This document shows, in pieces, positions 62,407 to 64,000 of a DNA stretch of 64,000 bases. The stretch comes from an uncultured Acidimicrobiia bacterium. GTDB lineage: Bacteria; Actinomycetota; Acidimicrobiia; Spongiisociales; UBA5794. Made by a program: the position numbers and the translations under genes. Positions within the stretch are counted from its first letter, which is position 1; each line of letters begins with the position of its first letter. Under the pieces are notes generated by a model, which was not told the origin of the DNA, made no database searches, and saw only the letters and a program-made list of their open reading frames with translations. Location: contig CAWBVU010000005.1 in assembly GCA_963792405.1 (NCBI GenBank), forward strand, positions 288,815-352,814, written 5' to 3'.

Positions 62407-64000
62407 TCAGAAGATCCCCGGTCCGATCGGTGCGTTCCAGTCGTTGTCGTGGATGTTGGCGTCGCAGCCGCCTCCGTTGTAGAAGCCGTTGCTGTACCCG
62501 CCCGCAGCGGTCCAGTTCACCTGGTTGCCGGTGATCTCGACCGATCCGCAGCCACCGTACTGGTCCCACACGTAGAGCCCCACGTTCGACCAGGCAACCG
62601 GATCGGAGTAGATGCGGTTGTTGCGCACGATGATGCCGCTGCCCGATGCCACGCCGATGCCGACCTGTCCCGGATTGACGAGGACGTTGCCCTCGACGAT
62701 CTGGTTCGTGCCCTGGCCGTCACCGAGCATGATGCCCGAACCGGAACCGGACGGCCCACCGTTGCGCAGGTGGTTGCCGGCGATGCGGATGGGGGAGGAC
62801 GCCGTGCCGGAGGAGGCGAACAGCGAGATCATGTCCTCGGCGTTCGAGCCCCCGAGCGCGTTCTGGCCACGGTTGCCCGAGATCGATGATCCCGCACCGT
62901 TCACCTTGTCGAACTGGACGAAGTTCCGCCCGGCGTTGACGAAGGCGTTGTTGTCGACCCGGACCGAGTTCGACCGGTGGATGAGCACGCCGTTGCCCGT
63001 GCCCGTGATGTAGTTCCCCGTCACCGTGACGTTCGTCACGTCGGACATGTACACGGCTTCGTCGCCGCACGGGCCGATCGTGGAGTTCCTGACGGTGACG
63101 TTCGCTCCGCCGAACACCTCGACGCAGATCCCTCCCGGGTTGGAGATGTGGAGGTTCTCGATCACCACGTCCGAGTCACCCGAGATCCTGATCGGACCCG
63201 ATGCGGCTCGGGACGGCGGGGCGTCGAAGCCCGGCACCGGTCCGACCTCGGTCGCAGGAGGTGGCGGTGTCGTCGAGCCACCGGAGTTCCCGCCCGACGT
63301 TCCGCCGGAGGCAGGCGCCGGAGTCGCCGGCGGGGGTGGGACATAGGTCATCTGCGGCACGGAGGCGGGATCGATGCCGGAAGCGGGAACCACCCGCTGG
63401 CCGCGCCCGACCTCGATCCACGTGTCGGCGACGCCCGTACGGTTGGCGTTCGAGATGTAGAGGATCCCATTCGACGGTCGGTAGACGGCCACGGTGTCAT
63501 CGCCATCGCCATCCCAGTCGCCCGCGATCACACGATCGTTGGGATCGCCGAAGGTGAACACTCGATCCGGGGTCCCCGCCGAGTTGCCGTCACGCAGGGC
63601 GACCAGACCGGTGTTCGGACGGAACACGCCGATCGTGTCGACGCCGTCACCGTTCCAGTCCCCGGCGATCGGGGAGTCGCCGTAGTCGCCGAAGTAGAAG
63701 ACACGCTCGGCGACCACGCCACCGAGGCGATTCGAGAGGTAGAAGCGTGCTTCCGAGGGACGGTAGATCGCCAGCGTGTCGCAGCCGTCGCCATCGAAGT
63801 CGCCGACCAGCGGCACGTCGCCCGGGCTCCCGAAGTAGAACGTCCGGTCAGCGACACCCTGCGAGTTCGAGTCCCGCAGGTACACCGATCCGGTCGACCG
63901 GCGGTACGTGCCGGGCGTCTGCTCCCCGTCGCAGTTCCAGTCTCCCATCAGGGGCTCGTCTGCGGGGTTGCCGAACCAGAAGGATCCTACGGCTGCCTCG
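62407..64000 (-). CDS. tandem paralog of 60324..61985 (5' end outside window)
   Basis: Same architecture, same C-terminus IHDNDWNAPIGPGIF, longer Pro/Gly linker. Confidence 0.88.
   Translation of the reverse strand, partial: EAAVGSFWFGNPADEPLMGDWNCDGEQTPGTYRRSTGSVYLRDSNSQGVADRTFYFGSPGDVPLVGDFDGDGCDTLAIYRPSEARFYLSNRLGGVVAERVFYFGDYGDSPIAGDWNGDGVDTIGVFRPNTGLVALRDGNSAGTPDRVFTFGDPNDRVIAGDWDGDGDDTVAVYRPSNGILYISNANRTGVADTWIEVGRGQRVVPASGIDPASVPQMTYVPPPPATPAPASGGTSGGNSGGSTTPPPPATEVGPVPGFDAPPSRAASGPIRISGDSDVVIENLHISNPGGICVEVFGGANVTVRNSTIGPCGDEAVYMSDVTNVTVTGNYITGTGNGVLIHRSNSVRVDNNAFVNAGRNFVQFDKVNGAGSSISGNRGQNALGGSNAEDMISLFASSGTASSPIRIAGNHLRNGGPSGSGSGIMLGDGQGTNQIVEGNVLVNPGQVGIGVASGSGIIVRNNRIYSDPVAWSNVGLYVWDQYGGCGSVEITGNQVNWTAAGGYSNGFYNGGGCDANIHDNDWNAPIGPGIF

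Noticed and set aside
53677-64000. Repeated GGCGACTGGAAC/GGTGACTTCGAC-like motifs as a CRISPR array or DGR template
   Set aside because: They are degenerate coding repeats about 150 nt apart; no cas or reverse transcriptase gene and no adenine-specific mismatch pattern was evident

Overview
High-GC window from an Actinomycetota genome, probably an uncultured Acidimicrobiia-like lineage (inferred from F420-linked enzymes, Nur/CsoR regulators and pervasive leaderless TANNNT promoters). No rRNA, tRNA, CRISPR array, integrase or transposase was recognised. In order: purF/purM; a class III aminotransferase with a candidate leader-peptide attenuator; lnt; a purine-utilisation locus (BMP/nucleoside ABC transporter, a two-gene regulator with a twice-present palindromic operator, and a fused 2Fe-2S/Mo xanthine dehydrogenase of the selenium-dependent type); an Rdx selenoprotein (CxxU, in-frame TGA plus SECIS-like hairpin) that the ORF track truncates; ilvD; LCP; Nur-NikMNQO; rsgA; transsulfuration genes; an ABC-2 exporter; CsoR-CopZ-CopA; an uncharacterised P-loop kinase plus divergent GH13-like operon; an arsenic operon; and, from about 46.6 kb, a surface-glycan region. 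That region holds Wzc, a DegT aminotransferase, a GMC oxidoreductase, a UDP-apiose/xylose-synthase-like SDR and four secreted proteins sharing a GDW(N/D)xDG repeat module, two of which also carry a homologous ~70-aa domain inserted into unrelated folds. Several genes have single-base frameshifts that look like long-read consensus errors. All family assignments come from motif recognition, not from database searches.
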